NCBI GenBank assembly: GCA_902784805.1
Contig: CACZWD010000016.1
Span: 16,754 to 80,753 of the forward strand
From: an uncultured Ruminococcus sp.
GTDB lineage: Bacteria > Bacillota > Clostridia > RUG12999
Direction: 5' to 3'
Length of the DNA: 64,000 nt
Below, piece after piece: positions 28,030 to 37,263 of the stretch. The first letter of the stretch is position 1. The number at the start of each line of letters is the position of its first letter. The translations under genes were made by a program, and so were the position numbers. The notes below the pieces were generated by a model. That model searched no databases, was not told the DNA's origin, and saw only the letters and a program-made list of their open reading frames with translations.

Positions 28030-29055
28030 ATGAAAGGAAATGATTTGCACTTGCGAAAAATTCTGCTTGATGATAGTAAAAATTATTACAAAACAAATAT
28101 GCACTGCCACAGCACTTTTTCTGACGGTAATATGACAACAGCCGACCTTAAAAAGCACTATGCGGAGAAAGGGTATTCGGCTGTTGTTTTTTCGGACCAT
28201 GAGCATCTTATAGACCATTCTTATCTGACGGATAATAATTTTCTTGCGGTTACCGCCTGCGAAGTTGCCGTTAAAGAATTTAAGGAAATATCCACGCTCG
28301 TAAAGCGGGATATGAAGGTGGCTCATTTTAATTTTATCGCGAAAGAGCCTTCAAATGTTGATACTCCTTGTTACAGTTCGGTTTATGACCACTATATAAA
28401 AGATTTTTACCGTGACAAAATTGTTCATAGCCGCGGCGAATACGCGCGTGAATATTCGGCGGAAGGTATAAACGATATGATCCGCAAGGCAAATGAAAAA
28501 GGGTTTCTTGTGCAGTATAATCACCCCCGCTGGTCGCTCGAAAACGCGTGCGATTATCTTAAATATGAGGGTTTATGGGCAGTTGAGATATATAATCACT
28601 CCGCAAACCTTTGGGGGATTTATGAGTATGATATAAATGCCTATGATGATTTTTTGAGAAGCGGGCAGCGCATTGCCTGTACGATGGGCGATGATAACCA
28701 TGAAATCAGCCATACCTGCGGCGGATATACTATGATAAACGCTGCGGAATTGAACTATACATCTTTTATTGAAGCGCTTGAAAAGCATAATTTTTATTCG
28801 TCAAACGGACCGGAAATTAAAGGGCTTTTTGTGGAAAACGGCATGGCGTACCTTAAATTTCGCGGCGGCGAATACGCGGTTATGTCAACCAAAGGCAGAC
28901 GGACCGAAAGAAAGATGGCGAAAAGTCCGGACAGCGTAAACGAGGTAAGCTTTAAAATACTTGAATGTGACGGATATGTACGCTTTGACGTGGTTGATAA
29001 GTATGGCAGAAGGGCAAACACAAACGCGTATTTTATTGATGAGCTGCCGGTTTAA
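28030..29055 (+). CDS. PHP-domain metal-dependent phosphoesterase
   Basis: The N-terminal motif HCHSTFSDG and later His-rich motifs are typical of the PHP family. Confidence 0.65.
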   Translation: MKGNDLHLRKILLDDSKNYYKTNMHCHSTFSDGNMTTADLKKHYAEKGYSAVVFSDHEHLIDHSYLTDNNFLAVTACEVAVKEFKEISTLVKRDMKVAHFNFIAKEPSNVDTPCYSSVYDHYIKDFYRDKIVHSRGEYAREYSAEGINDMIRKANEKGFLVQYNHPRWSLENACDYLKYEGLWAVEIYNHSANLWGIYEYDINAYDDFLRSGQRIACTMGDDNHEISHTCGGYTMINAAELNYTSFIEALEKHNFYSSNGPEIKGLFVENGMAYLKFRGGEYAVMSTKGRRTERKMAKSPDSVNEVSFKILECDGYVRFDVVDKYGRRANTNAYFIDELPV

Positions 29056-29086
29056 GTCACATGGCTTTTTATTCGTTTAAAGCGCA

Positions 29087-32000
29087 TTACACAATATCAA
29101 GCAAATTAACCTGGCTTGTTTCGGGTATGCCGTCAAGACAGCCTTTTTCCTTCATTACCTGTATAATTGTTTTTGAAACTTTTGTTCTTTTTTTGAAATC
29201 GTCTATTGTAACAAAAGGACCGTCTTTTCTTGCCTTAACAACGCTGTTTGCTGCCTGCACGCCAAAGCCCGCGATTGCGTTTAAGGGAAGCAGTATTCCG
29301 TCCTCTTTTGGCAGGAATTTAACAGCATCGGATTCATAAATATCTATCGGTAAAAAATTAATGCCTCTTGCGTACATTTCATTACACATTTCGAGTATCG
29401 TTACCATATCCTTTTCCTTAACGGTGGCGTCGTCCTTATCCTTAAAGGCTAAAAGATTTTCTTTTACTTTTTCTTTTCCGACAGCCATATATTCGGCGTC
29501 AAAAGCGTCAGCGCGGACAGTAAAATATACCGAGTAATACTCTTTCGGATAATATACTTTAAAATACGCAACTCTGAATGCCATCATAACGTAAGCGACG
29601 GCGTGAGCCTTCGGGAAAAGATATTTTATTTTTTTGCATGACTCAATATACCATTCGGGAACGTTATTGTCACGCATAATCTGTTCTTCTTCGGGAGTAA
29701 GCCCCTTGCCTTTTCTCACGTGCTCCATTATGCTGAACGAATCTTTTTTCGGACAGCCGGCGTATATAAGATAGGTCATAATATCGTCACGGGTACATAT
29801 ACATTCTTTAAGAGTCGCAGTGCCGCTTTTTACAAGATTCTGCGCATTGTCAAGCCACACATTTGTTCCGTGAGAAAGCCCCGAAATACGGACAAGCTCG
29901 GCAAAGGTTGTCGGGTGAGTATCAACAAGCATCTTTCTGACAAAAGGAGTTCCGAATTCCGAAATTCCGTAAGTGCCTGTCGGGCTGAATATTTCCTCGG
30001 GTGTAACGCCAAGAGCCTCGGTGCCTTCAAAAAGCGTCATAACCTTTTTTTCACCTATTTTTATGGTTTTTGAGTCAATTCCCGTAATATCCTCCAGCAT
30101 ACGGATAACAGTCGGGTCATCATGTCCTAAAATATCAAGCTTTAAAAGCTTGCCCGATATTGAATGATAATCAAAATGAGTTGTTATTATATCGCTTGTC
30201 GCGTCATCCGCCGGGTGCTGAATAGGGCAGAAGTTATGTATATCGTTATCTCTCGGTACAACCATAATGCCGCCGGGATGCTGACCGGTTGTCCGTTTAA
30301 CGCCCACACAGCCCTTGGCAAGCCGTTCCATTTCACAGTTTGTGGCGGTAAGCCCATGTTCTTCAAAATATTTTTTAACATAACCGTATGCCGTTTTTTC
30401 AGCAACGGTACCTATTGTGCCTGCGCGGAAAACAAAGCCTTCGCCAAAAAGCACTTCGGTATATTTATGAGCCTTGGGCTGATAGTCGCCCGAGAAGTTG
30501 AGGTCTATATCGGGCTCTTTGTCACCTTCAAAGCCGAGGAAGGTTTCAAAAGGTATATCATGCCCGTCGCCGTACATAAGCTCGCCGCATTTCGGACAGC
30601 GCTTGTCGGGCAAATCCCAGCCGGAGGGCTGTGAGCCGTCGGTTATAAATTCGCTGTATTTGCATTTTTTACATATATAATGCGGTTGGAGAGCGTTTAC
30701 CTCCGTTATGCCCGCAAGGAAAGCAATAAAAGATGAGCCGACTGAGCCTCTTGAGCCTACAAGATAGCCATCCTCATTGGATTTCCATACAAGATTTTTC
30801 GCGATTATGTACATAACGGAAAATCCGTATTTTATAATTGAGCCGAGCTCTCTGTCCATACGGCTCTGTACAATTTCGGGAAGCGGGTCGCCGTAAATCG
30901 AAACCGCTTTTTCTTTTGTGATTTTTATAAGCTCCTCTTCCGCTCCTTCAATTTTCGGCGGTGCCGGCTCTTTTGGAAGAAGCTGTATATCGTCAATCAT
31001 ATCGGCAATTCTGTTCGGAACGGTTATAACAACCTCTTTTGCTTTTTCTTCGCCGAGATAGTCAAATTCTTTAAGCATTTCTTCGGTTGTTCTGAAATAT
31101 AAGGGCGGCTGATAATCGGCATCCTCAAAGCCTTTCGCGTGCATAAGAATACGCCTGTAAACCTCGTCCTTCGCTTCAATAAAATGAACGTCGCAGGTTG
31201 CCGCAACGGGTTTGTTAAGCTTTTCGCCAAGCTTTACAATCCGGCGGTTAAATTCTTTCAACCCTTCATCGTCCGTAACAAAGCCTTCACGCTTCAAAAA
31301 CTCGTTGTTTCCTATAGGCTGAATTTCAAGATAATCGTAAAATTCCGCAATTTTTTCGGTTTCGGTTTCATTCTCACCCATAAGCATTGAGCAAAACAGC
31401 TCACCCGATTCGCACGCGGAGCCCAGAATAAGACCTTCACGGTATTTTGCAAGAGTTTCACGGGTGATAACGGGGTGTTTTTTAAAATGATTAAGGTTTG
31501 AGTCGGATATGATTCTGTACAGATTTACAAGACCCGGCTTGTTTTTCACAAGGAGTATTATATGATAGTCACGCCGTCTTGACGGGTTAAAACCGGCAAG
31601 CTTTTTGTTAAACTCGGTTAAATTGGTTATTTCGTGTTTCTTAAGCAGGTCAATGCAGCGGCGCATAATTTCCGCCGTTGCTTCGGCATCGTCAACCGCT
31701 CTGTGATGATGAAGAAGCTCAATATTAAGATGCTTTGTCATTGCCGCAAGACTGTGAGTTTTGCGCTCATTGTAAAGCGCGCGGCAAAGATTAAGGGTAT
31801 CGACATAGCAGGGCTTAAACGGCAGACCGAGACGGGCGGCATTTACACGAATAAAGCCGACATCAAAAGTCGCGTTGTGCGCGACCAAAACACAGCCGCC
31901 GCAAAATTCAAGAAATTTCGGCAGGACCTTATCAATGGTTTCGGCGTTTTCAACGTCGCTGTCTTTTATCGAGGTAAGCTCTGTTGTTTGCGCGGAAAGC

Positions 32001-33430
32001 TTCATTTCAGGGTTTACAAAGGCGGAAAATCTGTCTGTAATATTGCCGTTTTTAAGCTTTACCGCACCGATTTCAATAATTTTATCCTCCTGACAGTGCA
32101 GTCCGGTTGTTTCAATGTCAAAAACAACAAAATCACCGTCAACGGTATAATCTGTGGCGTCATATACAATGCGCATTTTATCGCCTTCAAGGTAGCCTTC
32201 CATACCGTAAAGTATTTTTATATCGCTTTTTATATCTTTTTTCGCATTAAAGGCGTCGGGAAAAGCCTGTGCAACGCCGTGGTCGGTTATCGCAACAGCC
32301 TTATGTCCCCATTTGGCGGCAAGCTTAACAATATTGCCCGCGTTGCCGATGGCGTCCATAGCGGACATTTGTGTATGCATATGAAGCTCAACACGTTTTT
32401 CTTCGGCATTATCCGTCCTTTCGGGCTCTTTTGCGATTTTAACAATACCCGAACACATAAGCGTAAGCTCTTTCGCAAAACTGTCAAATTCGATTCTGCC
32501 GCTTACCATAAGCCTCATATTTTCTTTCAGCTCCGAAAGAAGCGTTTCAAGCTTTTCTGTTTGTTTCCGCTTTTTGTTTTCGTCCTTTTCGTCGTTTTTC
32601 GCGCCTTCAAACATTTTCACCTTTATGGAGCTTGTATAATCGGTTATATTAAAAGAAACAAGGGTTTTGCCCGATTTAAGCTGTCTTTTTTCAATGTTCC
32701 AGATATCGCCCGCGACAACAATTTTGTCATAGGGACCTTTTACGTTTATAAGCGGAGTAATGTCGGGATTAATGATTTTTTTGCCTTTTAAAACCTTTTC
32801 GGCTTCAATTTCCCCTTCCATTATTTCGGTTGTGTCGGCCTCATGGGCAAGCTCCCGCTGTTCTTTAAGCTGCTGACGCTCAAGATATTTCGTCACATTC
32901 ATTGACGCTTCGTTTAAAGCCGCCTGTTTTTCCTTTTCAAATTTCTCGTATGCCGCTTCGTCATAGTTGCCGCCTATAATAACTTTAAATTTTTTACCTG
33001 TTTCTTCGTAAATAAAATTTGAAATAACACGCTCACAGCCGAACTTCGCGATAAGCTCGCCCATACCGAATTTGGTTGTGATTTTAATAATATCATTGTC
33101 AAGCTGCCATACGGAATCCATAAGCACAAGCTTTAAAATTGATTTTATTTCGCCTATCCGGTTTTCGAGATGAGCCGAGTAAACCGGCAGGTTATGTCGG
33201 TTAATTTCTATGCCCGAATAATCAATATTTACAAAAACATTTTCACAGGAATATTCAGCCGCAAAATCTTTTTTTATAATATCAATATATTTTTCGTCAA
33301 CAACATAAGAAGGTTTTATGCGCAGCATAATACTTCTTTCGGTTAAATTGACTTTTATATCCGAAACATCGATTTTATCAAAAAAATCGGGGGTTTCACC
33401 CGAAAAAAAGCTGCTTAATTTTCTTGACAT
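29087..33430 (-). CDS. polC: DNA polymerase III, PolC type
   Basis: About 1447 aa. PHP domain (ELHMHTQMSAMD), DEDDh exonuclease insert (FVVFDIETTGL; HRAVDDA) and a polymerase core. The ATG at 33430 has RBS gaaggga; the TTG at 33448 is less likely. Confidence 0.95.
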   Translation of the reverse strand: MSRKLSSFFSGETPDFFDKIDVSDIKVNLTERSIMLRIKPSYVVDEKYIDIIKKDFAAEYSCENVFVNIDYSGIEINRHNLPVYSAHLENRIGEIKSILKLVLMDSVWQLDNDIIKITTKFGMGELIAKFGCERVISNFIYEETGKKFKVIIGGNYDEAAYEKFEKEKQAALNEASMNVTKYLERQQLKEQRELAHEADTTEIMEGEIEAEKVLKGKKIINPDITPLINVKGPYDKIVVAGDIWNIEKRQLKSGKTLVSFNITDYTSSIKVKMFEGAKNDEKDENKKRKQTEKLETLLSELKENMRLMVSGRIEFDSFAKELTLMCSGIVKIAKEPERTDNAEEKRVELHMHTQMSAMDAIGNAGNIVKLAAKWGHKAVAITDHGVAQAFPDAFNAKKDIKSDIKILYGMEGYLEGDKMRIVYDATDYTVDGDFVVFDIETTGLHCQEDKIIEIGAVKLKNGNITDRFSAFVNPEMKLSAQTTELTSIKDSDVENAETIDKVLPKFLEFCGGCVLVAHNATFDVGFIRVNAARLGLPFKPCYVDTLNLCRALYNERKTHSLAAMTKHLNIELLHHHRAVDDAEATAEIMRRCIDLLKKHEITNLTEFNKKLAGFNPSRRRDYHIILLVKNKPGLVNLYRIISDSNLNHFKKHPVITRETLAKYREGLILGSACESGELFCSMLMGENETETEKIAEFYDYLEIQPIGNNEFLKREGFVTDDEGLKEFNRRIVKLGEKLNKPVAATCDVHFIEAKDEVYRRILMHAKGFEDADYQPPLYFRTTEEMLKEFDYLGEEKAKEVVITVPNRIADMIDDIQLLPKEPAPPKIEGAEEELIKITKEKAVSIYGDPLPEIVQSRMDRELGSIIKYGFSVMYIIAKNLVWKSNEDGYLVGSRGSVGSSFIAFLAGITEVNALQPHYICKKCKYSEFITDGSQPSGWDLPDKRCPKCGELMYGDGHDIPFETFLGFEGDKEPDIDLNFSGDYQPKAHKYTEVLFGEGFVFRAGTIGTVAEKTAYGYVKKYFEEHGLTATNCEMERLAKGCVGVKRTTGQHPGGIMVVPRDNDIHNFCPIQHPADDATSDIITTHFDYHSISGKLLKLDILGHDDPTVIRMLEDITGIDSKTIKIGEKKVMTLFEGTEALGVTPEEIFSPTGTYGISEFGTPFVRKMLVDTHPTTFAELVRISGLSHGTNVWLDNAQNLVKSGTATLKECICTRDDIMTYLIYAGCPKKDSFSIMEHVRKGKGLTPEEEQIMRDNNVPEWYIESCKKIKYLFPKAHAVAYVMMAFRVAYFKVYYPKEYYSVYFTVRADAFDAEYMAVGKEKVKENLLAFKDKDDATVKEKDMVTILEMCNEMYARGINFLPIDIYESDAVKFLPKEDGILLPLNAIAGFGVQAANSVVKARKDGPFVTIDDFKKRTKVSKTIIQVMKEKGCLDGIPETSQVNLLDIV

Positions 33431-33579
33431 AAAAAATGTTCCCTTCAAAAATTATAACTTAATTATAATTATATATCATTGAATTTTTATTGTCAAGATT
33501 TTTCTGTAAAATGATCTGAAAAGTAAAGAGTGACAGCTCTAATGAAATATATTCTTTTTATGTTATTAAAACTTCTGTA

Positions 33580-35619
33580 TTGAAAGGTAAATATAATGCG
33601 ACCGTTTCTTTCAGTCAAAATGAAGCTTTAAACCGGCAAAGCGTCTATATTGCCGGTAATCCTAACCGTTTTCCGCTGGAGTATTATGATACATACAGCA
33701 ATACTTACCGTGGCGCATTGCCGGCTTTGACGGAAAAGATTTCCGTTAAAACAGGGATAGAATTTTCCTATGTTTATGTCGGAAAAACTGATAGACGTAA
33801 TGAGCTTTGTAAAAACAAGCAAGTTGAAATGTTGTTTGCCTTCTCGGATGAGCCTGATTTATTAGAAAATGCGGTATACAAAACAAAGGTATTTTCGACA
33901 GAAAATAATGGAGCACAATTGGACGTTTACTGTTTATTTACAGCCGCAGCAAACGATAACAAAATAAATATGGTTTTAAATGCACTTTCATCCCTTTCGG
34001 CAGACGAAAAAGCTGTTTTATTTCTTAACGCTGCCCGCGATACAGACAATGCTCCAAAACGCAGAACGGTTCATATATTGATTATAGGGCTGGCAGTTTT
34101 ACTTGTGTTAGCGATTTGTTTATTGATTTTATATCTTAGCAATCGAGATAAGCTAAAGAAAAGTGCGCTGATTGATCCTGTGACAAGAATTGATAATAAG
34201 GAAGGATTTTTGCAAAAGTATCAAGAGCAATTAAATGAAAAAGAACGTCCGCTTTATTTGTTATTGTATATTGGCTTTGATATAGGACAAATTGTTCAGC
34301 TTTATGGTAGAGTAGAAGCAAACTATATTCTGCGGCATACAGCTAAAATTCTGTATAGTGAGAAAAAAATGTGTAAGTTATTTGCGCGTATTGATGACGG
34401 AGCATTTGTAGTAGCATTGTCGAGAGAGGACGCAGGACAGGCGGAAACCTCCGTGCGGTTGTTGCTGCAAAAGCTTAATAATGATCTCAATAAAAACGAA
34501 CGAAAAATATGTTTTCAAGCAGGGGTTTATATATTGGGTATGGGTGATGACAGCTGTGAAGCCGCTATTGAAAATGCAAAGCAAGCCTATCTTGTGGCAG
34601 TCGAGACGTCAGAGCCTTTTGTGTTTGCAAGCGAGCTGATTCTTAAGCGTCAAAAAACCAAGGCGGATATTAGACGGCAGTTGAGCAAAAATGCATTTGA
34701 AATGAGTGAATTTATTCCATACGTGCAGTTTATTTTTAATGCAAAAACCGGTCAAATATGTGGTGGCGAATTGCTTTCGCGTTGGCAAAACAAACAATAC
34801 GGTTTGCTGGCACCCAATATGTATCTTTCAGATGCTACCAAGCTCGGAATAATAGTACAAATTGATCTAAAAATGTTTGAAGAAGCATGTAATCTTTTGT
34901 CTATATGGGAGGATGAAGGGTTGCCTTATTTCTTAACATGTAATCTTTCTCGAAAGACTCTTTCATATGAAAAAAACGTTGATAAAATTATTGTTGTGTC
35001 AAAAAACTACATATTTCCTCATGATCGGCTATTTTTAGAGGTAACTGAAGATACGCTTGAAGAAAACAAGGAAACAGTAAAGAAAAATATTGATAGATTA
35101 AAAAAAGAAGGTTTTCATATTGCCCTGGATGATTTTTCCAGTGGATGTACAGCGGTTACAAATTTGTGTGAGTATGCGGTTGATTTGGTTAAAATTGATA
35201 AAAGTCTGCTTTTGTTAGCAATTGAAGATACGAGAGCGCGCCAATTGCTTAATGAAATCATTACACTGGCACACGATCTTAAAATAGAGGTGATTGGCGA
35301 AGGTGTGGAAAACGCAGAACAAAGAAACTTGTTGAGCAATTCAAATTGTGATTATCTTCAAGGATATTTGTTTGCAAAGCCGATACCGGCAAAAGAAACA
35401 AGGATTTTTATACAGCGTTGTCAAAAAGAATTGTTAGATATTAAGGAGGGAAAAGAATTGATTAATGACGAAACTATAGAAAAAAATGTCAATGAACTGA
35501 TAACAAAAAGTGAAGAGCTTTTGCGGATTCAGTATGGCAATTATTGTCTTGATTTACCAAAAACCGTAGATATTGACGCACTGTCTGCAATTTTGAAATC
35601 TCTTTTGGAAAACAAATAG
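33580..35619 (+). CDS. membrane signalling protein: periplasmic solute-binding-like domain, TM segment, degenerate GGDEF domain, EAL domain
   Basis: The GGDEF position reads RIDDGAF. EAL-domain motifs EVTE, DDFSSG, KIDKSL, EGVE and QGY are present. The start is TTG and there is no signal peptide in this frame (see findings). Confidence 0.75.
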   Translation: MKGKYNATVSFSQNEALNRQSVYIAGNPNRFPLEYYDTYSNTYRGALPALTEKISVKTGIEFSYVYVGKTDRRNELCKNKQVEMLFAFSDEPDLLENAVYKTKVFSTENNGAQLDVYCLFTAAANDNKINMVLNALSSLSADEKAVLFLNAARDTDNAPKRRTVHILIIGLAVLLVLAICLLILYLSNRDKLKKSALIDPVTRIDNKEGFLQKYQEQLNEKERPLYLLLYIGFDIGQIVQLYGRVEANYILRHTAKILYSEKKMCKLFARIDDGAFVVALSREDAGQAETSVRLLLQKLNNDLNKNERKICFQAGVYILGMGDDSCEAAIENAKQAYLVAVETSEPFVFASELILKRQKTKADIRRQLSKNAFEMSEFIPYVQFIFNAKTGQICGGELLSRWQNKQYGLLAPNMYLSDATKLGIIVQIDLKMFEEACNLLSIWEDEGLPYFLTCNLSRKTLSYEKNVDKIIVVSKNYIFPHDRLFLEVTEDTLEENKETVKKNIDRLKKEGFHIALDDFSSGCTAVTNLCEYAVDLVKIDKSLLLLAIEDTRARQLLNEIITLAHDLKIEVIGEGVENAEQRNLLSNSNCDYLQGYLFAKPIPAKETRIFIQRCQKELLDIKEGKELINDETIEKNVNELITKSEELLRIQYGNYCLDLPKTVDIDALSAILKSLLENK

Positions 35620-36099
35620 GATTTCTGAAAAAAGGTTACAGAATTTTAGTGTTCCGGCATTAAAATTCATGGGAAAGTGAAATTGTTCTCTTAGTTTTCT
35701 TATGGATTCGTGATAAAATAACCTCAATATCGATAAAGATGCTTAACACAAGAGTAATCATTGTTTCCAAAGAAGGAAATCAATGATCGTAGATGTAAGA
35801 AAAATATACCTTCGTTTTTCAGCTTTACAAAACATACTATACTACTATGTTTTTCTTTATGCTGATTGCCTTCTTCTATATCTAAAGTCGTTTTTCATTG
35901 AACCGCAGAAAATGCCCTATTGCAGAAGCAACAGGGCATTTTTGTGCGAGTTTTGTTATAAGATTCAATCAAGAGCGCCACAGGTGAAACCGTAAAAAGG
36001 TGGTAGTGAAATGAGAGGCGTTATGCCCGCATTTACAAGGGCATAGACGAAACGAACAAGCAAAAGGAGGAACGATGGTGCGTGTGACTGATTTTTGTG

Positions 36100-36135
36100 T
36101 AAACAAAAATCGGAACGGAGCTTTCGTCCGTTCCG
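36100..36135 (-). terminator. intrinsic terminator downstream of tRNA-Leu
   Basis: On the minus strand: cggaacggacgaaagctccgttccg followed by atttttgttt. It is part of the 65-bp repeat shared with 44210-44274. Confidence 0.7.
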
Positions 36136-36138
36136 ACG

Positions 36139-36223
36139 TGGTGCGGATGACAGGGGTCGAACCTGCACGCCTTGCAGCACAAGAACCTAAATCTTGCGTG
36201 TATGCCAATTTCACCACATCCGC
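36139..36223 (-). tRNA. tRNA-Leu (anticodon UAG), class II with long variable arm, encoded CCA
   Basis: Minus strand GCGGATGTGGTGAAATTGGCA...CAAGA-TTTAGGT-TCTTG...GGTTCGACCCCTGTCATCCGCACCA gives a cloverleaf that folds by hand. Confidence 0.9.
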
Positions 36224-36295
36224 ATAGCAATAATTATAACATATAACGCAAAAATAATCAAGGCTAATTTTGCGTTATATGAATATTTTTAAAAA

Positions 36296-37240
36296 TTAAT
36301 AAAAAGTTGCAACTTCCTGTTCCGGCGCTTCGGATTTTTCTATTGAAATGCAGTTTAGTATAGGACCTTTTTTGCCGTTATAAGCAACGTGTGTACCTTC
36401 TGTAATTTTAGCTGTAAGAATTATCCATTCGCGGCTTGTAAGGTCTGGCTTTTCTTTTGCCACACATACAATGCCTTTAAAAGAAATATCCTCAACGCAG
36501 CAAGTCATTACATGCCTGCCGATTATAAAGCTGTTTTGCGGGATTTTGTTGTTTATCCCGACAATGCCTTTAAATTTAACGGTTTTACCTTGATATTTTT
36601 CGGGTTCTTCCGCAAAATCCCTGAACCAGATTGCAAAGTCACGGTCGGCAATTTCAATTACGTCCGCATTAATATCAAAGGGAAGCGGGTCTTCCATTTC
36701 GTCATACATAATATTGCCGTTTATATCTTCGTATATTATGTCCGTTCTTCTGCTTATTCCGCGTACAATTTTATGAAGTGTTTCCTGATTAATATCGGGA
36801 TTCCAGCGGTTAAAAACAACAAGCTCACAACTGTTAAGCTTATCAACAACAAGATTTCTCATGTTCGCATTGTAAAATTCATAGTTTCTGCTGTCTGCGA
36901 AAGTTATTTCCTGGTAAATGAGCCAGTTTTCGGGCAGCGCGTCAAAAAGAGACTTTAAGAGCCACATTCCGTTATATTCTATAAGCACCCTTTGAGGTTT
37001 ATACTTCATTTCAAAAGCGGCGAATTTTTGCGGCGTTAAAACATCAGAGCTTTCAATATTAACAAAAGCCACGTTTTTTTCGGCAAAACGCTCGGCGTCA
37101 TATTCTTCTTCGCCTTCCTCACATATTATAATAAGAGTTTTTTCACCTGTTTTGAAACGCTCATCTTCAAGCGTTTCCTGAACAAATTTTGTTTTGCCGG
37201 ATTCCAAGAAACCCGTAAAAAGATATACAGGTATATCCAT
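36296..37240 (-). CDS. CobW-like P-loop GTPase N-domain fused to a DUF1980-like C-terminal domain
   Basis: Walker A motif GFLESGKT at the N-terminus. C-terminal GRHVMTCCVEDISFKG and the terminal ATFY resemble the TIGR03943/DUF1980 C-domain. Confidence 0.55.
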   Translation of the reverse strand: MDIPVYLFTGFLESGKTKFVQETLEDERFKTGEKTLIIICEEGEEEYDAERFAEKNVAFVNIESSDVLTPQKFAAFEMKYKPQRVLIEYNGMWLLKSLFDALPENWLIYQEITFADSRNYEFYNANMRNLVVDKLNSCELVVFNRWNPDINQETLHKIVRGISRRTDIIYEDINGNIMYDEMEDPLPFDINADVIEIADRDFAIWFRDFAEEPEKYQGKTVKFKGIVGINNKIPQNSFIIGRHVMTCCVEDISFKGIVCVAKEKPDLTSREWIILTAKITEGTHVAYNGKKGPILNCISIEKSEAPEQEVATFY

Positions 37241-37263
37241 TTTAAAACATTCACCTCTTTAAC

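Noticed and set aside
31634-32791. 385-aa ORF on the + strand, antisense to polC
   Set aside because: It lies entirely inside the strongly supported polC frame and has a Lys/Phe/Arg-rich low-complexity composition, no RBS and no recognisable motif. This is the typical shadow ORF found opposite a long gene.
35965-36230. Three overlapping minus-strand ORFs (65-82 aa), plus a + strand ORF starting at the aggagg-ATG at 36075
   Set aside because: They overlap tRNA-Leu and its terminator. The similar sequence at 44205 does not keep an open frame, so conservation is at the DNA/RNA level.
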